Of a stretch of 64,000 nucleotides of DNA, positions 11,561 through 21,731 are shown piece by piece. The notes below the pieces were generated by a model. That model made no database searches, was not told where the DNA came from, and worked only from the letters and a program-made list of their open reading frames with translations. Made by a program: the position numbers and the translations under genes. The stretch is taken from the NCBI GenBank assembly GCA_009693165.1, contig SHXX01000005.1, forward strand, positions 1,022 through 65,021, given 5' to 3'. This stretch comes from Chloroflexota bacterium (lineage in GTDB: Bacteria; Chloroflexota; UBA11872; UBA12225). The stretch's first letter is position 1, and every line of letters starts with the position of its first letter.

Positions 11561-12421
11561 TCAGGCCTCCTTGAGACCAAAGAAGCCTTGGGGACGCAAC
11601 AGGAGCATTGCAAGCAGGGTGATGTAGATCACCGCTTCGGCGATCTGGGTGGTCGTGACGTAACTCGCGGTGGATTCGATCACGCCCAGGGCAAGCGCAC
11701 CAAGGAAGGCGCCTGGAAAGCTCCCCATGCCCCCGAGGACGATGACGGCGAAGGCCTTGAGCATGAAGGTCTTCCCCATTTCCGGGTAGATCGTGTAGAG
11801 AAAGCTGGTGAGCGTGCCGGCGGCCCCGGCTAGGGCGGTTGCGATCCCGAACGCGATCATGCGGGCGCGGTCGATGTCGATGCCACACGCGAGTGCGACG
11901 TCGGCACTCTGCGCGGTCGCACGCAATGCCTTGCCCCACCTGGTTCGTGCGAGGAAGAACTGCGCGGCGCCGGTGAGCAAGAGGGCAGTGACGCATGCCA
12001 CGAGACGTGGCACTGAGAAGGCAAGTTCACCGATATTGAGTGCCCCGCTCAGGAATGGCACCGACCGGAAGTCGTTGGTGAAGGTCGCTTGGGCGCCGCC
12101 GGTGAGTGCCAGTGAAACCCCGTAGGTAAGAAGGAGCGATGCAAGGAGTGGTGCACGATCGACGCGAGAAATCAGCAACCGTTGCGCAATCCATCCGACG
12201 CCGAACATCAACGGCATTGATAGGAGCAGCGAAAGGATGGGGTTGAGTCCGAGGCGCACGAACAGGAAGAATGACGCGTAGGCGCCAAGCATGAGGAACT
12301 CGCCGTGCGCGAGGTTGATTACACGCATCACGCCGAAGATGAGGGTCAAGCCCCCCGCGAGCAGCGCGTACACGCCCCCGAGGAGAAGGCCACTCACCAC
12401 CACCTGGACTAGCGTGACCAT
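11561..12421 (-). CDS. livH: Branched-chain amino-acid ABC transporter permease (LivH type)
   Basis: 286 aa, MVTLVQVVVSGLLLGGVYALLAGGLTLIFGVMRVINLAHGEF. Confidence 0.9.
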   Translation of the reverse strand: MVTLVQVVVSGLLLGGVYALLAGGLTLIFGVMRVINLAHGEFLMLGAYASFFLFVRLGLNPILSLLLSMPLMFGVGWIAQRLLISRVDRAPLLASLLLTYGVSLALTGGAQATFTNDFRSVPFLSGALNIGELAFSVPRLVACVTALLLTGAAQFFLARTRWGKALRATAQSADVALACGIDIDRARMIAFGIATALAGAAGTLTSFLYTIYPEMGKTFMLKAFAVIVLGGMGSFPGAFLGALALGVIESTASYVTTTQIAEAVIYITLLAMLLLRPQGFFGLKEA

Positions 12422-12490
12422 CTCCCCTCATCTTCCTCCGCCGAAGCTTCCCGGTCAGGGCCGGCGCACGCCGGCTATCACCGATCCGGT

Positions 12491-13738
12491 CTAGCGTGAC
12501 TTCCACTCCGGCATCGGGAATTTGGGTTTGGCCGTGGCCATCGCGTCGGGACCGATCACCGGCTTGTCCTTGCCCTGCCACTGGATCACCACCGGGATGT
12601 GAGACAACTGGGTGCCCGTGTCATCGACCTTGTACTTGCCGGGGAGGACGGTCTCGATTTCGAGGGTCGAGAGGGCCTCGCGAATCTTCTCCCGGTCAAG
12701 GCCTTTCGCCTTGAGCACGGCAGCTTCGAGGATCTGACCACCGGCAAAACCGGTGGCGGAATGGTAGTCCGGGTCACGGTTCCACTTCTTCTTGTACGAC
12801 GCCTCGAACTCGCTGTTGCCCTTGGTCTTGAGGCTTGGTTCCCACATGGACGGACCGAAGATGAAGTCTGCGTCCTTGCCGAGGCCCTCACCGAACTCTG
12901 GCATCGCGGCACCGACCGAGAAGGCAAGCATCTTGACATTGAGGTCGAGTTCCTTGGCCTGCCGGGTAAGCAGGACCGAGTCCGGTTGGTATGAACCGCC
13001 AACGAGGACTTCAGGTTTCGCGGCCTTCACCTTGGTGATGAGGGATGACAGGTCCGTCACCTTGGTGGGGTATTGCTCTTGAAAGACGATTCGGAAACCT
13101 TCCTTGCGGGCATACTCGGCGGTTCCGGCGGCGGTCGCCTTCGGGAAGACGGTGTCTTCATTGATGATCGCGATCGTCTTGAGACCATTCTTCTTGGCGA
13201 GGTCAATCACGCCATAGAAGTAGGATTCGGCGACCGAGTAGACACCGAAGACGTACTTGTAGTTTCGCTTCCAGATGTCGGACGCCGAGGCTCCGGCGGT
13301 CAGCATCGGGTACTTGTACTTTTCCGTGACGGTCGATACGGCTTGGGTGACGCCACTTGAGTACGGTCCGAGGACGAGGTCGACCTTGTCCTCATTGATG
13401 AGCTTCTCGTAGAGCTTCGTGCCGACGGTCGGGTCCGATTGGTCGTCAAGGATGACCATTTCCACCGGGCGTCCAAGAAGTCCGCCTCGGGCGTTGATCT
13501 GTTCGGCCCACAACTGGTAGGCCTCCACCTGGTACTGACCGGTCTTGCCGTTGCTGCCGGTGGTGGATACGGATGCCCCAATCTTGACCGGTGCGCCCTT
13601 TCCTGCCCCGCCGGTTGCTGGTGCCGCTGGTGCGGCACTTTCGCCTGCATCGCCACCGCAAGCCGACAGGATGAGGCCCGCGAGTCCGACGGCGGCCGGG
13701 GTTCCCGCCAGGATTGATCTTCTCGTGCAAGTGTTCAT
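12491..13738 (-). CDS. Branched-chain amino-acid ABC transporter substrate-binding lipoprotein
   Basis: 415 aa. The N-terminus MNTCTRRSILAGTPAAVGLAGLILSACGG has a lipobox (LSAC). The rest is a type-I periplasmic binding fold pattern, and it is the first gene of the liv string. Confidence 0.88.
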   Translation of the reverse strand: MNTCTRRSILAGTPAAVGLAGLILSACGGDAGESAAPAAPATGGAGKGAPVKIGASVSTTGSNGKTGQYQVEAYQLWAEQINARGGLLGRPVEMVILDDQSDPTVGTKLYEKLINEDKVDLVLGPYSSGVTQAVSTVTEKYKYPMLTAGASASDIWKRNYKYVFGVYSVAESYFYGVIDLAKKNGLKTIAIINEDTVFPKATAAGTAEYARKEGFRIVFQEQYPTKVTDLSSLITKVKAAKPEVLVGGSYQPDSVLLTRQAKELDLNVKMLAFSVGAAMPEFGEGLGKDADFIFGPSMWEPSLKTKGNSEFEASYKKKWNRDPDYHSATGFAGGQILEAAVLKAKGLDREKIREALSTLEIETVLPGKYKVDDTGTQLSHIPVVIQWQGKDKPVIGPDAMATAKPKFPMPEWKSR

Positions 13739-13982
13739 GCCTTTTCCCCCCTCTTCGTCAGTTGGTATCCCGAAAGTGTATCCAGACCTTCTGAATCAGT
13801 ATCCGGTATTTGTTGAGCCCCTCTGCAAGAGGTCGCGCAGTGGCTCCGAGGGAATGTCATGGGAACGGCTTGTGAGTCGAACTCAGAGATTGACGGAATG
13901 CCAACGGTACACTGCGACGCTCATGGTTCGTCCCAAACTGTCCACGGCAGTCAGGCGCCGATCGCCCGTCGCATCGGGTTGG

Positions 13983-14969
13983 ATGCAACTTTCGTTCGAT
14001 GTTCCGGTGATGCCTTTCAGGTACGAACGGGGCATGCACCTCGAGGATGCGGGACTGTGGCTTGACCCGCATACCCGGCGCCCCGTGGCGTACGTGTCCC
14101 ATGGGCATTCAGACCACTGTCGTCCGCACGGGCACGCATTCGTGACCCCGGAGACTGCGGATTTCTACCGGCTCCGGACGGGGCGCACGGCACTCACCGT
14201 GATGAACATTGGCGAGACGCTAACCAGAGGATTGCAAGAGGTCGATGTCTTTCCTGCGGGACACGTCCTGGGTTCGTCGCAGGTCCGCGTGCGTGACCTC
14301 GCGACTGGGCATCGCCTGGTCTATACGGGCGACTTCAAGTTGCGCTCCTCGCTTACTTCCCCGCGTGCGCCGGTTCTCGAGTGCGAAACCCTAGTCATGG
14401 AATGCACCTACGGCGCACCGCGGTTCACCTTTCCGCCAACTGAACAGGTCGTTGCAGAGTTGCTTGCATGGGTGGCTGCGGTGATCGCGTCGGGGAACAT
14501 TCCGATGGTCTGTGGCTATGCCCTTGGAAAGGCCCAAGAGGCGATGGCGATCCTGCACCAAGCCGGGCACCTTGTCGCAATTCATCCAAGTATCCAACCC
14601 TACGCGCAAATCTACACCCGCCACGGGGTGGAACTTGGGCCGTATATCGTCATGTCACCCGACCCGGGTTCGCCGTCAGGCACAGAAGGCAGGGTCATCG
14701 TCTGCCCGCCCCAACATGCCCGTTCAATCCGGGAGGCGCTGCCCCGCACCCGAATGATGATCCTGACCGGGTGGGCAATTGATGGGGGTGCGCCCGGGAG
14801 GTTGCCGATGGGCACGGCCCTCCCTCTCTCGGACCATGCCGGGTTCGACGACTTGGTTGAATACGTTGCGCGGGCACGCCCGAAGATCGTCTACACCGTC
14901 CACGGCAATGGCGGATTTGCGCAACACCTGCGTCGGCAAGGCATCGAAGCCCATCATCTGGGTGCGTGA
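13983..14969 (+). CDS. MBL-fold / beta-CASP-like metallo-hydrolase (probable nuclease, ligase-associated DNA-damage exonuclease-like)
   Basis: HxHxDH motif in VAYVSHGHSDHCRP, and a late SDHAG motif. The 5' part of track ORF 13545..14969 overlaps livJ antisense and was removed. The start is uncertain (13923, 13983 or 14013). Confidence 0.7.
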   Translation: MQLSFDVPVMPFRYERGMHLEDAGLWLDPHTRRPVAYVSHGHSDHCRPHGHAFVTPETADFYRLRTGRTALTVMNIGETLTRGLQEVDVFPAGHVLGSSQVRVRDLATGHRLVYTGDFKLRSSLTSPRAPVLECETLVMECTYGAPRFTFPPTEQVVAELLAWVAAVIASGNIPMVCGYALGKAQEAMAILHQAGHLVAIHPSIQPYAQIYTRHGVELGPYIVMSPDPGSPSGTEGRVIVCPPQHARSIREALPRTRMMILTGWAIDGGAPGRLPMGTALPLSDHAGFDDLVEYVARARPKIVYTVHGNGGFAQHLRRQGIEAHHLGA

Positions 14970-15028
14970 CCAAGCGAAGCGCCAATAGAAATAGGGGCGG
15001 TGGGGTGGAGAGTGGAGCCGGTCCTGGA

Positions 15029-15706
15029 TCAATCAGACTGGTCAATCCGGTCCCGCAGGAGTTCCAGGGCAACAAGGGCCGCGCCACGCTTGTAGGCGTA
15101 TCGGTCTGGTGACGGCACGAGATGCTCCTGCCACTGGACTCTCTCGCCGTCGGCAGCCGATGCGTGCTCGCCGTGCCCGATGATGGAGATGATTGTGGCG
15201 CCGGCGATGGCATCCGCTATCTCGCCATCCACCTTCAGGACACCGACAGGGTTCGTTCGCGGGGCGCCAGGGACGGGCTCGGTGCTTGTGGCCGGTTGTC
15301 GGTTGTCGGCATAGCCAGTGATGGCGATTGACCAGTCGGTGTTGAACATGCGTCGGGTGAGACGCGCCATCTGGACGGTTGCCTCAACGCTGATGGAACC
15401 GTGGTCCTCGATGGTTTCCGATGCGACGCGCAGGAGAAGTTGCTTGGCGTAATCCGTGTAACTGACGATCCCTGCCCGGAACCATGCGGACGCGCCCGTT
15501 TGCTGGGTCAGGACGTGAGCGAGGTATCCGCCCGTTGAGCCTTCGGCAACGGCGAGCGTTTCGCCTCGCCGGACGAGTGCCTCAGCGATGGCCTGCGCCG
15601 CTCCTGCGATTGCCTCATCGGTTGGCGGATCAATGTCATCAGGCAAGGGCCTGATCGGCGTGATGTTGGTGCTTGCCACGGCGACATCCGACCTCGGTGA
15701 CGGCAA
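15029..15706 (-). CDS. CinA C-terminal domain protein (nicotinamide-nucleotide amidase PncC-like)
   Basis: Has TLAVAEGSTGGYLAH (compare AESCTGG) and SYTDYAKQLLL, 23 nt downstream of ftsK. The start may be internal. Confidence 0.82.
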   Translation of the reverse strand: MPSPRSDVAVASTNITPIRPLPDDIDPPTDEAIAGAAQAIAEALVRRGETLAVAEGSTGGYLAHVLTQQTGASAWFRAGIVSYTDYAKQLLLRVASETIEDHGSISVEATVQMARLTRRMFNTDWSIAITGYADNRQPATSTEPVPGAPRTNPVGVLKVDGEIADAIAGATIISIIGHGEHASAADGERVQWQEHLVPSPDRYAYKRGAALVALELLRDRIDQSD

Positions 15707-15729
15707 TGGTTCGAACGCCCGTCACGGCT

Positions 15730-18231
15730 CTAGGATGATACGTGCGGGGGGTGCGCCCCGACCCCCAGTTCCTCGTCTAGCGGGAGAGCGGGGTCATCTC
15801 CTGCGATGACTCGATAACTCTTCCCCGTGGCCTCGTCGAGTTCGACATATCCGGCATCCTCGAGGTCGTCCATGAGTTTCGCGGCTTTCGGGTACCCGAT
15901 GCCGAGTTTTCGTTGCAGGAAACTGACGCTGACGTGGTTGCTGGTACGCAAGACCTCGACTGCACGGTCAAGCAGGGCCGATGCCCGATCCTGCTTCTCG
16001 GACGCGGCCTCCTCGTCGCGGAGGGATAGGGCATCGATTTCACCCTTGCTTACGTAGTTGGGGCGCCCCTGGTCCTTCCAGAATTGCACAATGTTCGAGA
16101 GTTCCTCGTCGGAGACCCAGGCACCCTGCACGCGGACGGGGCGCCCCTGATCGTAGGGCAGGTACAGCATGTCCCCGCGCCCCAGAAGGGCCTCGGCGCC
16201 ACCGGTGTCGAGAATGACGCGCGAGTCGGTCTGGCTGGCAACCGCGAAGGCGATGCGGCTGGGGATGTTTGCCTTGATAAGGCCGGTCACGACGTTGACG
16301 CTTGGCCGCTGCGTCGCCACCACCAAGTGAATCCCGACGGCGCGTGCCTTGGCGGTGAGGCGGCAGATAGCCGGTTCGACGTCGTCGGGGGCGAACATCA
16401 TCAAGTCGGCAAGTTCGTCAATGATCAGGACGATATAGGGCAGTGGCTTCGGCCGGGTCAATGCGGTCCAGGCCTCGTGTCGCCCGTTTCCGGACGATGG
16501 CGTCGCGTCCTCGGCGTTGGCCTCGATCGCACGGTTATAGGCATCCAGATGGCGGTACCCGGCCTTTGACAGGAGGGTGTAACGACGTTCCATCTCCTCG
16601 CATGCCCACAACAGCACTTTCCCGGCTTCGGCGAGGTCGGTGACAACCGGGTACCGGAGGTGGGGGATGCCTTCGTATTCGGCAAGTTCGACCTGCTTGG
16701 GGTCAATCATGAGAAGGTTCAGTTCGTCGGGACGGCAATGTGAGAGCAGGGAGGCGATGATCGTGTTGACGCATACGGACTTGCCTGCACCGGTCTGACC
16801 TGCAATCAGGAGGTGGGGCATTCTTGCGAGGTCACCGACACGAGGCCGTCCGTCGACATCGCGTCCAAGGGCAACCCGCAGGCGCCCCTTGCTTTCGGTG
16901 AACTCGCGGGTCTCGAGGACTTCGCGCAGGCCGACCGAAGCCGCCCGGTCGTTCGGGATCTCTATCCCCACGAAGGGTCGTCCGGGAACCGGGAGCTCAA
17001 TCCTCAAGGTCTTGGCGGCGAGACGCAACTGGAGGTCATATTCATACCGCTTGATGGTTTTGACGGGTACGCCGTCCCCCGGAACAAGCGAGAACTGGGT
17101 GACCGTTGGGCCAACGCGCGCTTCTCGCACCGTGACCGGGATGTTGAAGCTGAGAAGGGTCTTCTCGATCGTGGCGGCCTTCTCGGCAATTTCATTGTCG
17201 CCCATCTGTTGCGCGACCGATACGGATAGCAAGGAAAGTGGCGGAAGTCGCCACCGCTCCGGCCAGGGTGCCGGGTCGAGCACGGACCGGGTCGAGGGCA
17301 CGGCCGGGGTGGGCCGTACGCACGCGTCGGGACGTCCCGATTGGTTGCCGGTTTGGATGATCAGGGATCGCGGTCCGGTGTCTCCAAGTGAAATTGGGCT
17401 GACCGACGGGTTGCGACGTCCTCTGGGTGAAGTGGCGGTCTCATCTTGGTCTTGACTGCGACCTGGAGAGGGGTGCCTTGCGGCATCTGGTTCGGGCTCG
17501 TCCGTCCTGATCGGGGACGCAGGATTACCGTTCACCACCAAGTTGGAAATCGTGCGGAAGGTGATGCCGACCAGTGCTAAGAGGGCGCGACCGAAGTGTG
17601 TGGTTGCCCAGACGAGCGCGAATGCGGTGTACCGTCCGGTGGCGATGCTTCCAGCGAGGAGGTGTCTGCCGAGTGATTCCCAGTACGGACGCGGGATGCC
17701 AAGGAGCAGGACTGCGCTCGCCGTCGCAAGGACGAGTGCGGTGGCGATTGCACCGGCACTTCCGACCGATACGCTCAGAGTCGACCACGTGACCGTTCCG
17801 AGTGCTCCGGATGCATCGGCCGTGATCGAGCTTGAAGCGATGCCGGCCGGGCTAGACGCACCGAGTGTGCCGACACCAAGGAGGAACCCGAATCCTCCGA
17901 TCAGGCGCATGATGACCTGACGGCGCCACGCGTTGTCACCGAGGGCGATGGTGGCACCGACTGCCCCTAACAGGACGCACCATGGCACGGTCAACCACCC
18001 GCCAGTTTGTTCGAGTGCCTGAGCAAGTGCGCCGGTCGCGGCGCCATCGGGAGACAGGATTGCCAATGATCCGTAGATGGCGATGAGCACCAAGACACCG
18101 CCACTGATGCGCAGCGCCGTCACGGGACGGACGGTGAATGACGGCACTGAACCGGGGCGTCCCTTGGGTGGCGCATCGCGTCTCGCGGGGGCACGCGTGC
18201 TCGGCGTGATTGTGGTCGTTCGGCCCGACAC
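15730..18231 (-). CDS. ftsK: DNA translocase FtsK/SpoIIIE
   Basis: N-terminal TM segments and a Pro-rich linker, then PHLLIAGQTGAGKSV Walker A and a C-terminal winged-helix gamma domain (LQRKLGIGYPKAAKLMDDLE). Start set at GTG 18231 behind GGGAGGAA; the track ORF extends to 18396. Confidence 0.9.
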   Translation of the reverse strand: MSGRTTTITPSTRAPARRDAPPKGRPGSVPSFTVRPVTALRISGGVLVLIAIYGSLAILSPDGAATGALAQALEQTGGWLTVPWCVLLGAVGATIALGDNAWRRQVIMRLIGGFGFLLGVGTLGASSPAGIASSSITADASGALGTVTWSTLSVSVGSAGAIATALVLATASAVLLLGIPRPYWESLGRHLLAGSIATGRYTAFALVWATTHFGRALLALVGITFRTISNLVVNGNPASPIRTDEPEPDAARHPSPGRSQDQDETATSPRGRRNPSVSPISLGDTGPRSLIIQTGNQSGRPDACVRPTPAVPSTRSVLDPAPWPERWRLPPLSLLSVSVAQQMGDNEIAEKAATIEKTLLSFNIPVTVREARVGPTVTQFSLVPGDGVPVKTIKRYEYDLQLRLAAKTLRIELPVPGRPFVGIEIPNDRAASVGLREVLETREFTESKGRLRVALGRDVDGRPRVGDLARMPHLLIAGQTGAGKSVCVNTIIASLLSHCRPDELNLLMIDPKQVELAEYEGIPHLRYPVVTDLAEAGKVLLWACEEMERRYTLLSKAGYRHLDAYNRAIEANAEDATPSSGNGRHEAWTALTRPKPLPYIVLIIDELADLMMFAPDDVEPAICRLTAKARAVGIHLVVATQRPSVNVVTGLIKANIPSRIAFAVASQTDSRVILDTGGAEALLGRGDMLYLPYDQGRPVRVQGAWVSDEELSNIVQFWKDQGRPNYVSKGEIDALSLRDEEAASEKQDRASALLDRAVEVLRTSNHVSVSFLQRKLGIGYPKAAKLMDDLEDAGYVELDEATGKSYRVIAGDDPALPLDEELGVGAHPPHVSS

Positions 18232-18618
18232 GATCCTGGGTTCCTCCCGTTGCGCCTCGCCCCTCGAACCCCACCCCGTGCGCGCAACCGAGTGGTGTGC
18301 GGCAATGGGCCTAGCTTCCCGGTAGATGCGGGGAGCAGACGCGTGGCCATGCGAATGGCGCGGGCCCTGTCCGGCCCAACGGAAGAACGGATGCAAGGTC
18401 TTGATGTCTCAGAACGCATGGGACCCGAATGGCGCGGGCAGACCACCGTCGGGCGCGGTGGACCCACCACTTCCTTCGACCGCGATAGAGGCAGTGAAAG
18501 GCCCCACATAGCGCGTAACCAGAGGCTGTGCGTCGCTGGTGCGTGCGGGCAGCATTACCGCCGGGACCGAGCCGTTCACTTCCCATTCCGCGGAAACCGG
18601 GAGGGGAGACGTGCGTGG

Positions 18619-20331
18619 CTAGATTTCCACAATGAGGGGAAGGATCATCGGGCGCCGGCGCGTCTGATCGTAGACGTACTTCGATAACGCATCCCGGATA
18701 CGGTTGCGGACGTCGGCCCAGTTGACCGAAGGCACCGCGTCCCCGTCATTCTCATCGGATGATGCGAACGGTGATGCACGGCGGGTGGATTCGATGGCGG
18801 TGAGCACCTGTGCGCGGGCCTGTTCGACAAGTTCCTCGGCTTCGCGCATGTAGACGAAACCACGTGTCACGATTTCCGGCCCGGCGATCAGGCGTCCGGT
18901 TGCACGCTCGACGGTCAACGAGACGATCAGCACGCCATCCTGCGCGAGGACGCGCCGGTCGCGCAGGACCACCTGCCCGACGTCGCCGACCCCGAGGCCA
19001 TCGACGAACACGTAGCCCGCAGACACGTGCTCGGCAACCTCCGCATGGTCGGGGCCGATTTCGAGGACATCGCCATCCTCGATCACGAAGATGTTCTCGG
19101 CTGGCAGGCCCATGGTCTGGGCAAGGCGGGCGTGCAGGATCAGGTGGCGGTACTCACCGTGAACCGGCACGAAGTACTTCGGCCTGATCAGCGAGATCAT
19201 GAGCTTGAGTTCTTCCTGGCTCGCATGTCCGGAGACATGAACCAGTTGGTCATGCCCCCAGACGACATTGGCGCCAAGTCGGAAGAGGTTGTCAATCGTG
19301 CGGCTGACGAGTTCCTCGTTGCCGGGAATCGGGGCGGCTGAAACGACAACCGTGTCGCCGGGCGTGATCTGGACCTGGCGATGGTCGCGGTTTGCAATCC
19401 GCGCAAGTGCGGACGTCGGCTCACCCTGGCTACCGGTCGTGATGAGGGCAATGTCCTTGCCCGGCATCGAGTTGACGGTCGCCAGTTCGTCAGGGCGCAA
19501 AAAGACACCGGCGGGTGCGGTCAGGTAGCCGAGTTCCTGGGCGATAGCAACGTTCTGCACCATGCTTCGCCCGACGATGCCAACCCGGCGGTTGTGCCTG
19601 ACGGCGGCGTCGATGACCTGCTGAACGCGCGAGATTAGCGACGCAAAGGTGGCGATGATGATGCGACCCTTGGCGCTCGCGAAAATCTGTTCGAAAGCCG
19701 TATCAATCACCCGCTCAGAAGGTGTGTGGCCCGGCCTGTCAGCGTGGGTGCTGTCGGAAAAGAGGCACAGGACACCCTGCTTGCCAACCTCAGCAAGCTT
19801 TCCGAAGTCTGTCGGACGGCCATCGACGGGAGTGTGGTCGAACTTGAAGTCGCCCGTGTGGACGATTGTCCCGGCGGGTGTCTCAAGTGCGACGCCAACA
19901 CCATCCGGGATGCTGTGGCAGACGTGGAAGAACTCGGCGATGAAACGGCCGAACTTGACGGCCTCGCCGGGCACGATCCGGTTCAGGGCGACGCGGTCGG
20001 TCTGACGATGTTCCTTGAGTTTTCCGGCGATGAGCCCAGCGGTGAGCGGGGTTGCCCACAGGGGTGGGAAGTTCAACTGCGGAAGGATGTACGGAAGGGC
20101 ACCAACGTGATCCTCGTGCCCGTGGGTGAGGATGATGCCCCGGATCCGGTCCAGTCTGGTTGAGAGATACGAGACATCTGGGATGACCAGGTCAACCCCG
20201 AGCATCTCATTCTCGGGGAACATTACTCCGCAGTCAATGATGACAATATCCTGATCGTCTTCGACGACCAGCATGTTCCTGCCGATTTCGCCAAGTCCGC
20301 CAAGGGGAGTGCAACGAATTCGGTCGCTCAT
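18619..20331 (-). CDS. rnj: Ribonuclease J
   Basis: 570 aa, MSDRIRCTPLGGLGEIGRNMLVVE..., with the ILTHGHEDHVGALP MBL motif and a beta-CASP architecture. Confidence 0.95.
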   Translation of the reverse strand: MSDRIRCTPLGGLGEIGRNMLVVEDDQDIVIIDCGVMFPENEMLGVDLVIPDVSYLSTRLDRIRGIILTHGHEDHVGALPYILPQLNFPPLWATPLTAGLIAGKLKEHRQTDRVALNRIVPGEAVKFGRFIAEFFHVCHSIPDGVGVALETPAGTIVHTGDFKFDHTPVDGRPTDFGKLAEVGKQGVLCLFSDSTHADRPGHTPSERVIDTAFEQIFASAKGRIIIATFASLISRVQQVIDAAVRHNRRVGIVGRSMVQNVAIAQELGYLTAPAGVFLRPDELATVNSMPGKDIALITTGSQGEPTSALARIANRDHRQVQITPGDTVVVSAAPIPGNEELVSRTIDNLFRLGANVVWGHDQLVHVSGHASQEELKLMISLIRPKYFVPVHGEYRHLILHARLAQTMGLPAENIFVIEDGDVLEIGPDHAEVAEHVSAGYVFVDGLGVGDVGQVVLRDRRVLAQDGVLIVSLTVERATGRLIAGPEIVTRGFVYMREAEELVEQARAQVLTAIESTRRASPFASSDENDGDAVPSVNWADVRNRIRDALSKYVYDQTRRRPMILPLIVEI

Positions 20332-20352
20332 GTTGATTCAGGCATTGCCTTG

Positions 20353-20376
20353 ATTATAGGTCGTGGTTCCACGACC
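20353..20376 (-). promoter_or_regulatory. TATAAT box abutted by a perfect 18-bp palindrome upstream of rnj
   Basis: The minus strand reads GGTCGTGGAACCACGACC TATAAT, then 21 nt, then ATG. The TATAAT corresponds to plus-strand 20353-20358. Confidence 0.35.
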
Positions 20377-20577
20377 ATCGCGGGGCGGGGATTGATGCCA
20401 GGGGTCAATGCGGACATGGTCGCACCGGGGTACTTGTGGTCCGGTGCGTGTCTCGGATGGCGGATACCATCGGCAAAGCGTGCACAGGGTTTGACACGCT
20501 CACAGTTCGTGCCTTGAAGCCGCGGCATGCCTGTCGCTTGGCACTTGCGAAATGATCCAATGGGAAGGCCAGACGCG

Positions 20578-21720
20578 ATGAAGATCGACCGTGTTGAGAC
20601 GTTTCTCGCCCATGTCGGACGACGAAACCTGTGCTTCGTGAAGGTAGCGACTGACGAAGGTTTGCATGGCATTGGCGAGGCCTACTCAGTCGGGCCAGAC
20701 CTTGCGACCGTTGCCGCGATTGAGGACTTTGCGTCGTGGTTGATCGGACAGGATCCCATGCGGATTGAGCACCTGTGGGCGCTGATGTATAACGGCACCC
20801 GCTTCCCGCCCGGTCCGACGATCCTGTCGGCGCTTTCGGGTATCGAACATGCCTTGTGGGATATCAAGGGCAAGGCCCTCGGTGTCCCCGTGTGGCAGTT
20901 GCTGGGTGGTGCGGTGCGAGACCGGATCCGCGTGTACCAGAACCCTGGTGGAGGGTCGCCAGAGGAGACCGCGGAACGCGCACTTGCGCTGATAGCCAAG
21001 TATGGGTACACGGCGCTGAAGATCGGACCGCATCCTGCTGGGTCCGACCGGATGCCCTGGCCGGCGGTTGTGCGCGGGGCAGCAGCCCGCATGAAGGCAC
21101 TTCGCGACGCAGTCGGCGATGACATCGAGATCGGCCTCGACCCCCATGCAAAGATCTGGGAACCGGTCCGGGCCCTCCAGATGGCGCATGCCGTGGCGGA
21201 GTACAACCCGTACTTCTTTGAGGAGCCCATCCGGCCTGAGAACATCGACGCGATGGCCTCCTTCAAGCGTCAGTGCCCGATCCCGGTTGCGACCGGGGAG
21301 TGCCTCTACACGAAGTTCGAGTTCAGGGAACTTCTTGCCCGCGAGGCGGCCGACATTATTCAACCGGACGTCTGCCTCATGGGTGGCTTGCTGGAAATGA
21401 AGAAGATTGCCGCAATGGCCGAGGCGCATTACGTCATGGTCGCGCCGCATAATCCGATGGGTCCGGTTGCGACTGCGGTGAATGTGCATTTCTGCGTGAG
21501 CACGCCAAACGTCGCTGTGCTCGAGTACACACCCGATGACGAAGGGCCACGGCGGGATATCGTGAAGGAACCCATGCGCGTCAAGGATGGGTACATCGAA
21601 CTTCCCACGGCACCCGGTCTCGGTATCGAGATTGATGAGGCGGCGTGCCAGCGGTATCCGTACAAGCCTTGGCGTCGTACCAACGCGGTTCGTCCGGACG
21701 GATCAATCGGTTTCAACTGA
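20578..21720 (+). CDS. Enolase-superfamily dehydratase (D-galactonate dehydratase-like)
   Basis: Trimmed to MKIDRVETFLAHV. The stretch EGLHGIGEAYSVG...IEHALWDIKGKALGVPVWQLLGG matches the DgoD/ManD pattern. Confidence 0.85.
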   Translation: MKIDRVETFLAHVGRRNLCFVKVATDEGLHGIGEAYSVGPDLATVAAIEDFASWLIGQDPMRIEHLWALMYNGTRFPPGPTILSALSGIEHALWDIKGKALGVPVWQLLGGAVRDRIRVYQNPGGGSPEETAERALALIAKYGYTALKIGPHPAGSDRMPWPAVVRGAAARMKALRDAVGDDIEIGLDPHAKIWEPVRALQMAHAVAEYNPYFFEEPIRPENIDAMASFKRQCPIPVATGECLYTKFEFRELLAREAADIIQPDVCLMGGLLEMKKIAAMAEAHYVMVAPHNPMGPVATAVNVHFCVSTPNVAVLEYTPDDEGPRRDIVKEPMRVKDGYIELPTAPGLGIEIDEAACQRYPYKPWRRTNAVRPDGSIGFN

Positions 21721-21731
21721 TCGGGAAGGGG

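Noticed and set aside
13545-13982. 5' extension of the MBL-fold ORF (the track gives 474 aa), and similar long N-terminal extensions of the carB, carA, pyrB, pyrR, livF, livG, PNPase, PfkB and cupin ORFs.
   Set aside because: The extensions overlap neighbouring genes or intergenic DNA and are low-complexity. They precede canonical conserved N-termini that have their own Shine-Dalgarno sequences, so the starts were trimmed.
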